Positions 24,659 through 36,886 of a DNA stretch of 64,000 bases are shown here, piece by piece (the stretch's first letter is position 1; every line of letters starts with the position of its first letter). The stretch is from the NCBI GenBank assembly GCA_009103225.1, contig RHPI01000193.1, positions 62,001 through 126,000 on the forward strand. The letters run 5' to 3'. The stretch is from Chlorokybus atmophyticus (Eukaryota; Plantae; Mesostigma and Chlorokybus algae). Under the pieces are notes generated by a model that was not told where the DNA came from, made no database searches, and saw nothing but the letters and a program-made list of their open reading frames with translations. The position numbers and the translations under genes are program-made.

Positions 24659-26251
24659 ATGTGGTTGTCGTCGGAGGGTAGGCGCATGCTGGCGGCGACT
24701 GCAGCTCAGGCTCAGCTGGACACACTTGCTGCTAAGGTTGCCGGGGCGCACGGACCACGGCCGTCAGTAGCCAGCATCAGCGGGGGCGAGCCTGCCTGCC
24801 TGCCTGGCAGACAAGCACACAAGCAGGTAAGAGCGTCATGTTGCTGCGCTGTCTGCTGGTGGCGCTTGTTTATAGCGCTTGCGTGGCTGTGTGGATCTTA
24901 CGTCGTAGGAGGAGTCCTGTAAGCGTTTTCAGTTTTATGTTTGAATAGGCTTCTTTACTTTTGGCTGATTGCGCTTGGTTATAGCGCATGTGTGGCTCTG
25001 TGGATTCTGCGGCGTAGAAAGAACTCTCCAAGCCCTCTCAGTAGTTCTTCAGAAGGCTTGCATTGTGGACATGCCGTGACGGGAATTGTGCATAGTGCTC
25101 AGCTGCTGACTATGTCTATTGCCTAGAGCTACTGCCATGACCCTATAGCTGTGTTCGAGCGCATAGTGCAAACGTATGCAGATGCTGTCTTCGTCTCCAT
25201 GTTGGAATGCTCCTCTACATGCCGGTGCTGGATGGATGCCAAGCAGGAAGTTGCTTTGCGCCGAACAGCCTCGGGGATTAAAGAGCTGACTGCAAACCAG
25301 CTGCTAGAGGAGTTTGAGGCCTTGGCAGCGGCAGCAAAGCATGGCATTGTTACCTGGAATCTAACCAACAACGCCATTGCCCCGCCACTTCTCAGGGAAC
25401 TTTTTGAGCTTGTCCGGAACAGCAACGTTACGCTGCATGCAACCATGTTAGTGGACTTGGAGGCCAACCGCCTGGGCGCCATGACTGTACAAGACCACCA
25501 GGCTATCCTTGCCTTGTTCAAGCAATCAAACTTGCGGAGGCTTGTTGTGCGATTTGGGTTTGAGATTTTCATCCCATATCTCAAGCAAGCTTTGGACAAT
25601 GCTGGCATGACAAATCTGTACAACACACGCATCTTTATCTCTCAGCCTTGGCAGGATAGTGCCCTAACAGTCGTGCTCGAAAGACTGGACAAGCAGCTTG
25701 CCTTCTCCGAGCAGAGGGTGGCAAAGCTAGAGCTACGCAAAGATCCAACGGAGCAGTTGAGGCAGCTCAAACGGGACACGAATGACCAGCTGGTTGAAGA
25801 GTGCGTCATTGAAGCAGTTGCCGCGGCTCTTAAGAACCCGGTTACCATCTTGCCAACTCGATATGAGTATGAGGCTCGTGGTGGTGATCTGGACGGCCTC
25901 GTTTCAGGTGTGCATGACGAAAAGGAGGTGATTGTTCTCGTAGAAGCCAAACATAACATGGACACCGCGTGGAGAAAAGCACAAGACGAGTTGTTTTCTT
26001 CATGTAACTACTGGGAGTACTTGTGTGCAAACGTTGGTAATTTGGAGGAGGACGAGGAGACGGATGCCACGCAGCTACGCGTGGCAAAAAATCGTGACCG
26101 CAAGGTTATGTTTGCCTTTGGTGCCTGTAAGTTTTCAGACAGTGTTGCTAGCAAGCGGTTTGGTAGCATCAAGACAGATTGGTTTCGAGTTGTTCCGGAA
26201 CCACGCGGCAAGTTTGTTGCCAAGCATTGGCAAGGTGGTAACATAGAGTAG
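24659..26251 (+). CDS. F-box-like / LRR / coiled-coil / PD-(D/E)xK (restriction-endonuclease-fold) protein, ~430 aa
   Basis: Exon 1 24659-24826, phase-0 intron 24827-25126 (GTAAGA...GCTGAC...CCTAG), exon 2 25127-26251 fully open. Motifs in order: DPIAVFERIVQTY-x7-MLECSSTCRCW (F-box-like); WNLTNNAI, VDLEANRL, NLRRLVV (LRR-like); LERLDKQLAFSEQRVAKLEL (coiled coil); VEE...GDLDGLV...VLVEAKH (E, D, E-x-K catalytic set). Confidence 0.8.
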
Positions 26252-26981
26252 TGATGAGGGCTGGCAACAGTTAGCAACCTTGTCAACGTGTATGCAAAGA
26301 CAGCCAAGCATTAAGTAGTGTACAGTCCTCGTGCATGCGCACTAGAGAGCAACGGCACACAGCGAGTAAGTGCACAAGAGTTCGAAGCATGCCGACACAC
26401 TATACAGAGTGAAGGTACAAAAACCCTACTCAGCTGTCACACAGTACTGCTGCGCTTCACCCAATGCGGGAGCCGGTGGATGAGGAAGAGCGGGGGGTAA
26501 ATGGAGGGGAACGAAAAAGGAGTCTGTGTTTGCTGCTCGTTGCTGCTGCACATCCCCACTTCAATGTGAAATCGCTGATTGTAGCCAATTCGAGCTGGTA
26601 CCTACAATTGCTTGCATACATGGCTAACAAGTGTTCGAAGCTGTAGTGGTAATATCAGGGTAGTCATACAATTAGGCAAGCAAAACTGACTGCCAAGCAT
26701 AAACCATGCAGACCATGCCTGTGCGACAAAACTTGCAAACACTTACAGCAGGACACAGGAGCTCGCATATCATCCTATTCGCGTGATCCAAGCATGCATC
26801 TATAACACTCAGACCCTCACGTCTGTTGGAGTTTTCTCCAATTTACTCACGAATCTCAAAGCCCATACACACATGCAACCAAGTTACCAATTGCAACGGG
26901 CACCTGGCATGCACAACGTGCGCCATGATAGCGTGCGGCCAACACTCACCCAAACTAGCTAGACCTAAGCCCTCACTATCA

Positions 26982-29900
26982 CTATGGAATGCTGAAAACT
27001 TTCTTGAGGCGTACCACAAGCTGCCAATCTTCCTTGCTGAGGTCATTGCGAAAGTTTTCTTTGAGCAGGTCGATGGAGCGCCTCGACACTCTGCTAACCA
27101 GCTCGTCCTGTGCATCAAAGTGTCTACCAAACATCTTTTGCGCTTCATCAGGACTTGTGCTTTGGATCTTGACTGCGACAGCCTGCACACAACAGCAAGC
27201 AGGACAAGGACAGGTCACGGGCGCAAGAAGCATGGTTCAGCTGCACGCATGTGCAACAAAATCCCAACCTGGCCCCGCGTGGCCTTGTCCTGAGCCTTGT
27301 GGTTGTTCTCTATCGATGCAACCTTGCCGATATCAATGAACTCCCTGGAAGGTATGCACAAAGGAGTGCCTATGCGCAGCACCCCCGCCAGGACATCAAC
27401 ACCGAGCACGATGGGGTCTTTCTGTAGCGCACAAGTGTGTTGGTACCGACCATGCTGCCAGGACAGACAGGCATGCAGACCAACAACCATGCGCAATGCG
27501 GGAATTTGCCTGATTGAAGACATTGTTGGGGATAATCTTGAGCACGCACGGGAAGACGGCCTCCTCTGCAGAATCTCTGCGTGCTGCTTCCCGCACACCA
27601 GCCATGTATGCTGTGAACTGTATTGGAGCAGCCAGACGTTATTGAACAATCATGTCAGGCATAGCGTTGTTGCCACTTGCCAACCTGAAACGCACTGAGG
27701 AAAGTACCTGATCAAAGAGGTGGTAGATGATGTCAGCAGTGAATATCCGGACTCCCAACTCGTCTGCCATCTCACGAGCCTCTGGTGTGACCTGCATAAT
27801 CAATTCCGACCCATCAGCAAAGTAGGGATGTGTGCTACACGCACGACACATAATCAGATACCAGTGGCGCTACACTCCAGCAACTGACTGGCACGTCCCC
27901 TGACCTTGACATCGAAGCACAGGATAACGGCGTACTCTTTCTTGTTGCGCTCCAACATGACACTAGCGCGCATGATCTCTTTCTTATGCACAGGGCCAAT
28001 GCCAATGCCACTGACAGGAATGTTGACCTGCCAAAGTATGCCAGTCAGCCAACTGTCACATGTCACAGCTTTTGGGAGTATACGCGCAGCAGCGCACCTC
28101 TGGCGACTTGAGAAACGTGAGGAGGGCCTCAAGCGAGCCGAGTGTGCTAGCCTGCACGCAAACGCCCAAGCCGCTCTTGTCAACAGAGCTCAGGATGCTC
28201 TCAAAGTCCTGCATGGCTTCCTCCTTCACGTCATCCTCATCCTGATCGGGCCCAACCACGTACAGCTGCGTGCCCGCGACAGCATGCTCGAGACCCTGAG
28301 AGGCGATGCAGATACAGGAGGTCAACGACACACAAGCAGTAAAAGTTGTTTTGCAGGTCACACAATCACAGCATACGCACGCACGCTTTCAACAAGGAAA
28401 ACACTTACATGAGCTGCTATCTTGATGCCCATGGCGGCCTTGATCTCCTTGTGGTGCAGGTAAGAGCCCTTCACTCGCAGCTCTTTCATCGGATGGGGAG
28501 TCAGCAACGACCGGATGCTGGTCACAATTGGCCCCTGCATGCCGCACACCACGATCCTGTCGCCTTCATGTAGCACTCCGTTCACAAGAACCACATCGAT
28601 TGTCGTGCTGTTCAACGACACAGACATCCGTTAGCGTGGGTTTGCACAAATTAGCGTCAGTGGTAAGCTGGGGCTCACCCATGGCCTTCCACCATCTTGA
28701 CCTCAAGCACAGTGCACTGCAGCTCGGAGACAAATGCTAGCTTCTCGCCCATCATCTTCTCCGTCAACTTGACAAGGAGCAGCAGCAAGTCGGGTACACC
28801 TTCGCCGGTAATAGCCGATGTTGGGACCACAGAGACGAACTGCGACGCCACATGTTGTTAAGCGACCAAGCCACGTGTGCAAAGCCATGACGAGCAGCCA
28901 TCATCGGAGAACACACCTTGCGCGCATCTGGGTTCTTGTAGTACAGTGCGGCATTCAACCCCTGTTCTGCCAACGCAGTCATGCTTTCTGCCAGCCTCTG
29001 CTCAAACTCAGTTTGCACAAACGGCTTTTGACTCTTGAGCGCGTCCCTGATGGGTGCGTTGGGCTGCGGTTGCCAATCGTACATGCGATCAACCTGACAC
29101 AAGGGGTGTCAAAGTCAGTGGCATGCTGTGCTTTGAGACGCGGTGGAGAATAACAACACGCACACAATCACCTTGTTCAGCGCTACAACGAAAGGGGTTT
29201 TTCGCATCTTTAGCAAGTTGATGGACTCGATGGTCTGTGGCTCCAGACCATGCATGATATCAATGACCAGTATGGCAATGTCACATAGCGAGGAACCACG
29301 CGAGCGCAGGTTGGTGAAGGACTCGTGTCCAGGGGTGTCGATAACCAGCAAGCCAGGCACCTGCAGCGCCTCGTGGTGAACATTTGCCTTACACACAGGA
29401 CGATATGGACACACTGTGTCAAGAATGCGGGTTCAACCTTAGTGATCACGTCTTGCATCAAGGAAGCCGTGCGCTCCTTGATGGCGTCCATTGGGAAGTA
29501 CGTGGCACCAATCTGCTGAGTAATGCCTCCCGCCTCTCCTTCCTGTAACCCACAAGCATATGTCATTGTGAACAATGTGCAGGAAATGTGGCGGCTTCAG
29601 GACCAAGAAGCAAGCAATGCGAACCTGCACGTTGGTGCGCCGGATCTTGTCAAGGAGCTTGGTTTTGCCCGTGTCCACGTGCCCCAGAATGCAGCAGATG
29701 GGAGACCGCAAATCGCCTTCATCGTGGCTGGCAGGAGGCTTCGCCGCACTTCCATTGGACATTGGCTTCTTCTCCTGTTTTGCTTCACCCTCTTTGACGG
29801 ATTTGGCTGGTGAAGTGCCCCTTGCAGCTGGTTTCTCAGCAGCAGGCTTCTTCTCCAGCGTCCTTGTCCTTTCAGCCTCGGACTTGGCAGCAAGGCTGAC

Positions 29901-32900
29901 CGTCTCCTCCTCCTCTTCCTCCTATTGCAACACAAGGCCATACACTTCAGCCTGCCAAGCAGGCCGCAACGGCAGCAGTGTGTGACAACTAGCATTGATC
30001 TTGGCCATGTACCTCCTCTTCTTCAAGGGTGCCTTTCCTTTTCACAGGAGGCAAAACAATGTCCTCCGCATCCCAGCTTTTGGCATCCCACTCCTCTTCC
30101 TCTTCCTCCTCTTCTTCTGCGGGAGCCGCCAATGCAACGGTCTCCTCTTCAGCTGCAGCAGCCGCAGCCTCCTGCTCTGCTTCAAGCTGCTCAGTTTCCA
30201 AATCTGTGGTAGGCACCTGTGCACAATGCACAGTCAGAGAAGTAAACTGCATTCAGCAAAGTATTGCTACTGGACACGAAACCCACCGCAGTAGTTTCTG
30301 GCGCCTCAGCCAGAGATTCAGAGACACTCTCCTGCTGCTCCGGCTTGGCCTTCTTCTTCTTGCCATACACAACCTGCGATAGGCATGCCAAGCCTCTCAT
30401 AAGCTCCAATGGCAATCAAACCACCAAATACACCAGTCGGTCAACAACGCCAGCAACAACAACAACACTGCTTTGGCCGACTGACCTTCTCTTTCTTCGG
30501 ACGCATGGCACCGCCCTCCTCGCCCTCATCACGGGCCTCACGCTCGTCATCGAGTTTCTGCTGTGCCAGCAGCTGCTCGCGCATCATGGCAAGGCGGCGG
30601 GCCTCGGCGCGCTGCTTCTCGTTCAGGTATGTTCCTGCATTGGAACAAGCCGCAGTCAGAAAACAAGACCTCCCGCATCACGGGGCTCTCACTGATTCTT
30701 GCCCACCCTCTTTCTTCTTTTGCGCAATCTTTTCCTTCTCCCTCTGCTTTTTCAACTTCTTCGCCTCTTCTTTCAGCCTCTCCTCTTCCAAGCGCCTTGC
30801 CTCCTCCTGCAGCAAACAGAAGCCAACATCAGCACAACTACTAGGGCAGAGCAGATCGCATGCAAAGCTGACACACACTGGCTATGACATTCATATAGGT
30901 CGCACCTCCTGCTCTTTTCGTATCCTCTCCTCCTCTTCTTGCTTGCGGCGGTCTTCCTCCTCCTGCATCTTTGCCAGCCTTTCCTGCATCGCGCGAACTT
31001 TTGCCGACACTTTTTTCTGCTCAGCAGGCTTCCCCCCTTTGGCAGCAGGAGCAGCAGGCTGCTCAGCCGCCTTCTGCTCGTCAGCAGGCTGCTCTTGCTC
31101 TCCTTCACCTGCCTGCTAGACACATATACACCTTAAGGCATGGAAGGGGTGCCAAACCAACCTGGAGAATGTACCTTGCCCGCTGCTGCCTTCGCTTTCT
31201 TCTTGTCCTTCTTTTTCTTGTTCTTGCTGGCAGTCTCCTCCTCAGCTTTGGCAGCGCCTTCGGCATCATCCGCGGGTGCTGGCTCAGCGGCGACGGCCTC
31301 TGCCGGCGGTGCGCACAGCTTCGATGAAGGCACGGGGGCCTCCTTGGGGGCCTCAAGTTGTGCGAGCAGTGCATCAATGTCCTCGTCATCGTTGGCGGCT
31401 GTCGCTTGGGCCCCACCCTTCTTCCCTTTCTTCTTGACCTTCTTTGACGCTTGCTCTGCAGCAGGCTTTGGCGTTTCCAACTGCGCGACAATGGCATCGA
31501 CACCGTTGTCTTTAGGCACCTGCTCTGCTGCCTGTGCCTTGGGCTTCTTCTTCTTTTTCATTCCGGCAAACATGTCCGCGTCCACATCCTGCGTAAACCC
31601 AGCATAGAGCTAATACATAGGAGCCGCAAAGACACCACATCACCATCACAGGGCAGGGAAGTGAGCGTGCGTGCATGCATGCAACCAGTACTGCACCTCA
31701 ATCACTGGAGGTGTGCTGGGCTCGTCCTGCTCATCCTCATCATCTGCCAGGGTTGCCCAAAGCGAAGCGCGGGACGGGGCCGCCTCTTCCTCCTCCTCCT
31801 CCTCCTCCTCGTCATCCACCTCCGTGACCTGGTGCCCATGAACACAGCTGCAGTGACACAATCATCCCACATTGCAACCATTGCAGAAAATCATAACTTA
31901 AGTGGCAGTACCTTGCTCACTGTTGGTTTCCCCTTCTGTGTACCCTTCCCCTTCTTTTTGTTCTTGCTGCTTGCAACCTCTTCAACAGGCTCGTCCTGCT
32001 CCTGCCCATCCTCATCATCTGCCAGAGCTGCCCAGAGCGAAGCGCGAGACGGGGCCGCAGCCTCCTCCTCCTCCTCGTGCTCTTTATCATCAGCCACCTC
32101 CTCCTTCACCTGGTGCCATACACACAACCACCTTCAGCAGTAGTACAGCCATCACATTGCACCCTTTGCAACCTATGTAATCCAAGTGGCAGTACCTTGC
32201 TCACTACTGGTTTCCCCTTCTGTTTTCCCTTCCCCTTCTTTTGGTTCTTACTGCTAGCAGCCTCTTCTGCAGCTTGCGACTCCTGCGCGGGTTCCTCACT
32301 CTTTTCCAATGCTGGCGAAGGTGCGGGAAGCTCCTTGGGTGCCTCAAATTGTGCGAGCAGAGCGTCAATGTCCTCTTCATCACGCGCTTGGGCCCCTCCC
32401 TTCTTCCCTTTCTTTTTGACCTTCTTTGACGCTTGCTCTGCAGCAGGCTTTGGCGCTTCCAACTGCGCGAGGATGGCATCGACATCATCGTCATTGTCTG
32501 GCACCTGCTGATCCCCTGCGGTTGCCTTGCCCTTGGCCTTCTTTTTCTTCTTTATGCCCGAAAACATGTCTGCATCAACATCCTGCCAAACAAGCATGGG
32601 GAATATTGGAAAACAAGCACGTCGCAAATGCTAAGCTGCCCTACTAGTTGTGCTGTAAATGCTATTGCAGTCTACGCATGCTTCTGAACAGGTAAAACAT
32701 GAAAGCACGATATCACAACACCATAACAGAGCCTGCAATCACAACATGCATGAAATCGCACCTCAATTACAGGAGCTGTGCTGGGCGCGTCCTTCTCCTC
32801 CTCCTCCTCGTCCTGTTCCTGCTCATCTTCATCTCCGTCTCCATCTTCATTTGCCAGGAGTGCCCAAAGCGAAGCACGCGAAGGGGCCGCCTCAGCTGCC

Positions 32901-32968
32901 TCCTCGTCCTCCTCGTCATCGTCATCCAGCGGCTCCTTCTCCTCGCGTAACGGCTTTTGAGGCGCCAT
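26982..32968 (-). CDS. eIF5B: Eukaryotic translation initiation factor 5B (~1359 aa, 22 exons)
   Basis: Exons: 32968-32762, 32582-32196, 32109-31912, 31828-31697, 31588-31175, 31112-30906, 30806-30707, 30634-30486, 30373-30287, 30216-30013, 29921-29625, 29542-29438, 29360-29172, 29093-28917, 28839-28679, 28607-28409, 28295-28098, 28027-27905, 27791-27708, 27617-27510, 27421-27269, 27182-26982. Motifs: [55 protein letters not shown]...[18 protein letters not shown]. Confidence 0.97.
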
Positions 32969-33121
32969 CAAGTAGATCCTGTATCCAGCAGCAGCAACAG
33001 CCCTCTACAGCTACCGACCGCCTCCGCCGCGGACGACGACGCTGTCCTGGACAACGCCAGCCACACCGCCGCCTCCTTGTGTGTGACGCCCAACACACCT
33101 CCAGTATGTGGCTGCTTCGAA

Positions 33122-33130
33122 TTAGGGTTT
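33122..33130 (-). promoter_or_regulatory. Telo-box (AAACCCTAA on the eIF5B sense strand)
   Basis: The + strand has ATTAGGGTTT ~155 bp upstream of the eIF5B ATG. Telo-boxes are established near TSSs of plant translation-machinery genes. Confidence 0.6.
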
Positions 33131-33399
33131 AGTCGCTGCGACCTACTGGAGGTTGCTGTTACCTTCCTGACAGCTTCATCGATAAAACTACCAGTATACA
33201 TTGTCAACTTGACAATGTCCAGTGACCCCTCGAACAGTCTATTGAAGTGGTCATTGATAGCAATACCTACCAGGAACATTTTGATGTACCTACCAGGTAG
33301 GTACATTGATATTTTATTACAGGAATGCTGATAGCAGAGGAAGCTGATACAGCTTGGTGGCCACTGTCTTCATCGACAATGGTAGGCTTGAATATGTGG

Positions 33400-34950
33400 T
33401 TGCAAAATGGCGCCATTAAATTCAAAGCACAATTGTGAGCGATATTACCGATATTACCGATGTTTAAAGAGGCAAACAAACGGGTTGCAGAATGCTGCTA
33501 TTGCTTTTGCTGCCGCGACAAACTTTACTGGATTTACATGATTTGCAATTGCCTCTTACTATTGCTTTCATATCATCGAACATGATGTATATGGTGCATG
33601 TCATACGTCAACCAGCGATACTATACAGTGTGCACGAAGTTGTGAGTTGACTGGCGAAGATGACACGCATGTTTGATGTGTGTGTTTACTCTTCATGCCA
33701 AACGTTACGAGGAGATATATTACTTATTGTAATGTACGTAATAATATATTATAAATCATCATCATCTAATTATACAAGCAACAGGGCATGATACAAAGAT
33801 AACTGGAAAACCGAAAGAATCGCAAAACCTCGCATCTTGGTATACAGCATCGTATATACAATACAAATACGTTCAACGCAATGAAAGTTGCAATGAACTC
33901 TATGACCAATCACTATGCACAAGCACATTGCGTAACACGTAATAGCATGCATCAAGCTTTTAGACGCATGTGAAGTGTGATATGAATTGGCATTTGCGCG
34001 AGAGCGAATCAACATCACCCAGAGATCTATACGTCGATGTCTTGGTGAAATTGCAAGAGTTTTTATTATGAGAGGATGTTATGTTCAAAATCTCACATCG
34101 AGATGCAGAGTTATCAGCCTTTATTGATCAATAACATTAAACATAACTTATTAAAGGTTGTGTCGCGACCCGTTGAACTATGCTACACCACTTATATGGG
34201 TCAACGTCTGTGGCATAATGCAACCGTTAGATGCCCCGCCATCTCATTACTCATTTCATCATGCAAGCGAGCGGAGTAATTGCTATAATTGCCAGGCTAC
34301 AGATGTTTGATCGACAAGCATCTCAACGTGTATAGCTTTTTAATCAGCTCATTCGATTTATGTCCATTAGCATTTACAATACGGCATGTATCTAGTATCT
34401 AGGACTCCATCTGTGCAATCATACCTTTTTCATTAAAAGGTTATAGACGAGCAAAACAGGTATACAAAAAAGTAGAGCTTGTACTTTTGTAAGATACATA
34501 TTGTTTTTGAATAAAATGCCATTGGCAATGCGAGAATTTTTTGAGCTTTTGTACGATTTAGTACATATCATACTGTACAACAAATATCATGCCTTCTCAT
34601 ACCGCATGTATACGAATTTGTCATTATGTTCATGTGTAAAAGGATGTTACACAACGACGGCTACAGAACTTTGCATTGAGATTATAATGTGTGACATAGT
34701 GCATGCTGGCATTTGCACAACACTAGTCATCATAGACTCATTTTGCAACTCTTCTAGCAAATGTACATGTGTTGCACAACTCCATAAAATAACATGTTTG
34801 ACCTTGAGACATCTCATGTCTCTCGTGCAAACCACCGGGTATAAAGAACGCTTCATGCGACATGACTTCATGTGCACGGTGGATGATGCGGAAATCAACC
34901 AAAGCTGCATTGAACCGTTATCTAATCCGCATGAACGAGTACGAAAACTG
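33400..34950. other. AT-rich decayed intergenic DNA between the divergent eIF5B and atpC genes
   Basis: Low GC. The short ORFs (34076-34279, 34501-34959) carry no motif I can recognise. Confidence 0.45.
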
Positions 34951-35248
34951 GCTTCATAATTCCAAAACGGGTGGCTCTCGTTGAGCGCGACCTGACTGCA
35001 TCTTTTGACATGGATAAGGGAGGGCAAGCAGCAAAAAGACCAGTCGCCCGGACTGCACAGCTGTAATCTACGAACCACTCGTCGCGCGACGCTGTGCGTG
35101 GGGATCAGGCGGGCGGCGGCGAGGGCGTGGGCGAGGGCAAGGACAAGCAGGAGGACGGCGAGGTGGGGTTGTGGGTGTGTTGGTGACACAGAGAGAAAAG
35201 TAGGGAGGGAACCAGAAAGACATACCCCACTCAGACACATCACCAGCA

Positions 35249-36886
35249 ATGGCTGCTGCCTCAGTGAGCCGTGCGGTGCCTGTCTTTGAGGGTTTGCGAC
35301 GGGCTGCAGCTCCTTCCAGCAGCGGTCGTGGCTGCGATGCCCTCCGCCCAGCCGCCCCTTCCCCCTCCAACCCAGCGCTCTTCCCCGCCCGCAAGGTCAC
35401 GGCGATGTCCCTGAAGGACCTCCGCGACCGCATCGGCAGCGTCAAGAACACGCAGAAGATCACGGACGCCATGAAGCTGGTGGCTGCGGCCAAGGTCAGA
35501 CGCGCGCAGGAGGCGGTCGTTAAGGGACGCCCGTTCTCCGAACAGCTTGTCAAGGTGAGAGAGATTGAGTCTTTTACTTAGTCAATCACTTAGCCATTCA
35601 CGCATTCTCTCATTTTCTCGGCCGCACTCAGTTGCTCACTTATGCTCACTCACTGTCTTTAGTCAAGTTTAAGCATATATATCCTCACTCGCATTCTCAC
35701 TTGGTCACTCATACCCGCATTGTCTGTGGCTGTGTATAAGAAGCCATCGAAGCCATTGAAAGCTGTTAGTGAGAGGCTGGCGTAGGGTTTGCCACTCCCA
35801 TGTTATTGCCTCTGTCAGCTGGCTAGCCTTGGGTTTGTAGTGTTTGCAGCACACATATACACATGGACCGCAGACACACATTGTCTGCGTGTTTGCTACA
35901 CACGTATACATCAACTGTCCTTACACATTACTCCGAGAACACTTGCAAGACACATGCCGTTGGCGTTGTCTCTGCTTGGGCACATGCATTTGTATACATG
36001 TGTACGTGCGCGCACACACACATGTAACCCAACCTCACACACTTGTGCAACTCTTGCGCAGGTGTTGTACGGTGTGAATGGTCAGCTTCGCGTCGAGGAC
36101 GTCGAGTCCCCTCTAACCGTCGTTCGCCCGGTCAAGCGTGTTTGCCTCGTTATTGTTACAGGCGACCGCGGCCTTTGCGGTGGATTCAACACAGCTGTCA
36201 TCCGCAAGGGCGAGCAGCGTGCTCGCGAGCTCGTGTCGATGGGCGTGGAAGTGACACTTGTGTTGGTTGGCAAGAAGGGGATAACATACTTCTCATCACC
36301 CATGCGCAATGAGAAGTGGGACATATCTAAGGGCATTGAGGTGGGTCAAGCTCCCACCGCAAAGGAGGCGCAAGCTTTGGCGGACTCAGTCTACTCATAT
36401 TTCCTCACCGAGTACGTGGACAAGGTGGAGTTGGTGTACTCGCGGTTCATCTCACTCATCAAGTCCAACCCAGTCATCCACACGCTCTTACCTCTCTCTC
36501 CCGCCGGTGAAGTGTGTGACATCGACGGCAACTGCGTGGATGCTTCTGAAGATGAGCTTTTCCGTCTCACAACAAAGGAAGGAAAATTTGCCGTCGAGCG
36601 TGAGAAGGTTTCAACAGTGACAGAAGAACTCGATGCCAACATCATCTTCGAGCAGGAGCCAGCACAGATCCTCGATGCACTGTTGCCACTTTACCTCAAC
36701 TCCCAAGTGTTGAGAGCGTTGCAGGAGAGTCTTGCATCAGAGCTTGCTGCACGCATGAACGCGATGGGATCCGCTTCGGATAATGCTTCGGAGCTGAGTC
36801 GTATACTCAATTTGAAGTATAATAGGCAGCGCCAGGCGAAGATCACCGGAGAACTCATTGAGATTGTATCTGGGTCGAATGCTTAG
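35249..36886 (+). CDS. atpC: Chloroplast ATP synthase gamma subunit precursor (376 aa) with redox-regulatory Cys pair
   Basis: Exon 1 35249-35554 has a transit peptide and [34 protein letters not shown]. Phase-0 intron 35555-36061. Exon 2 36062-36886 has [57 protein letters not shown]. Confidence 0.98.

Noticed and set aside
30409-32511. + strand Ser/Phe/Leu-rich ORFs (236, 230, 155 and 144 aa)
   Set aside because: These are antisense translations of the Lys/Glu-rich eIF5B exons.
33990-34959. Weak NLR-like words (QRLW, LRHLMSL) in decayed DNA
   Set aside because: They are too short and scattered across frames, with no P-loop or ordered motifs.
14026-36886. rbcS and atpC within ~21 kb as a photosynthesis gene cluster
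   Set aside because: Four unrelated genes separate them, so co-location is compatible with chance.
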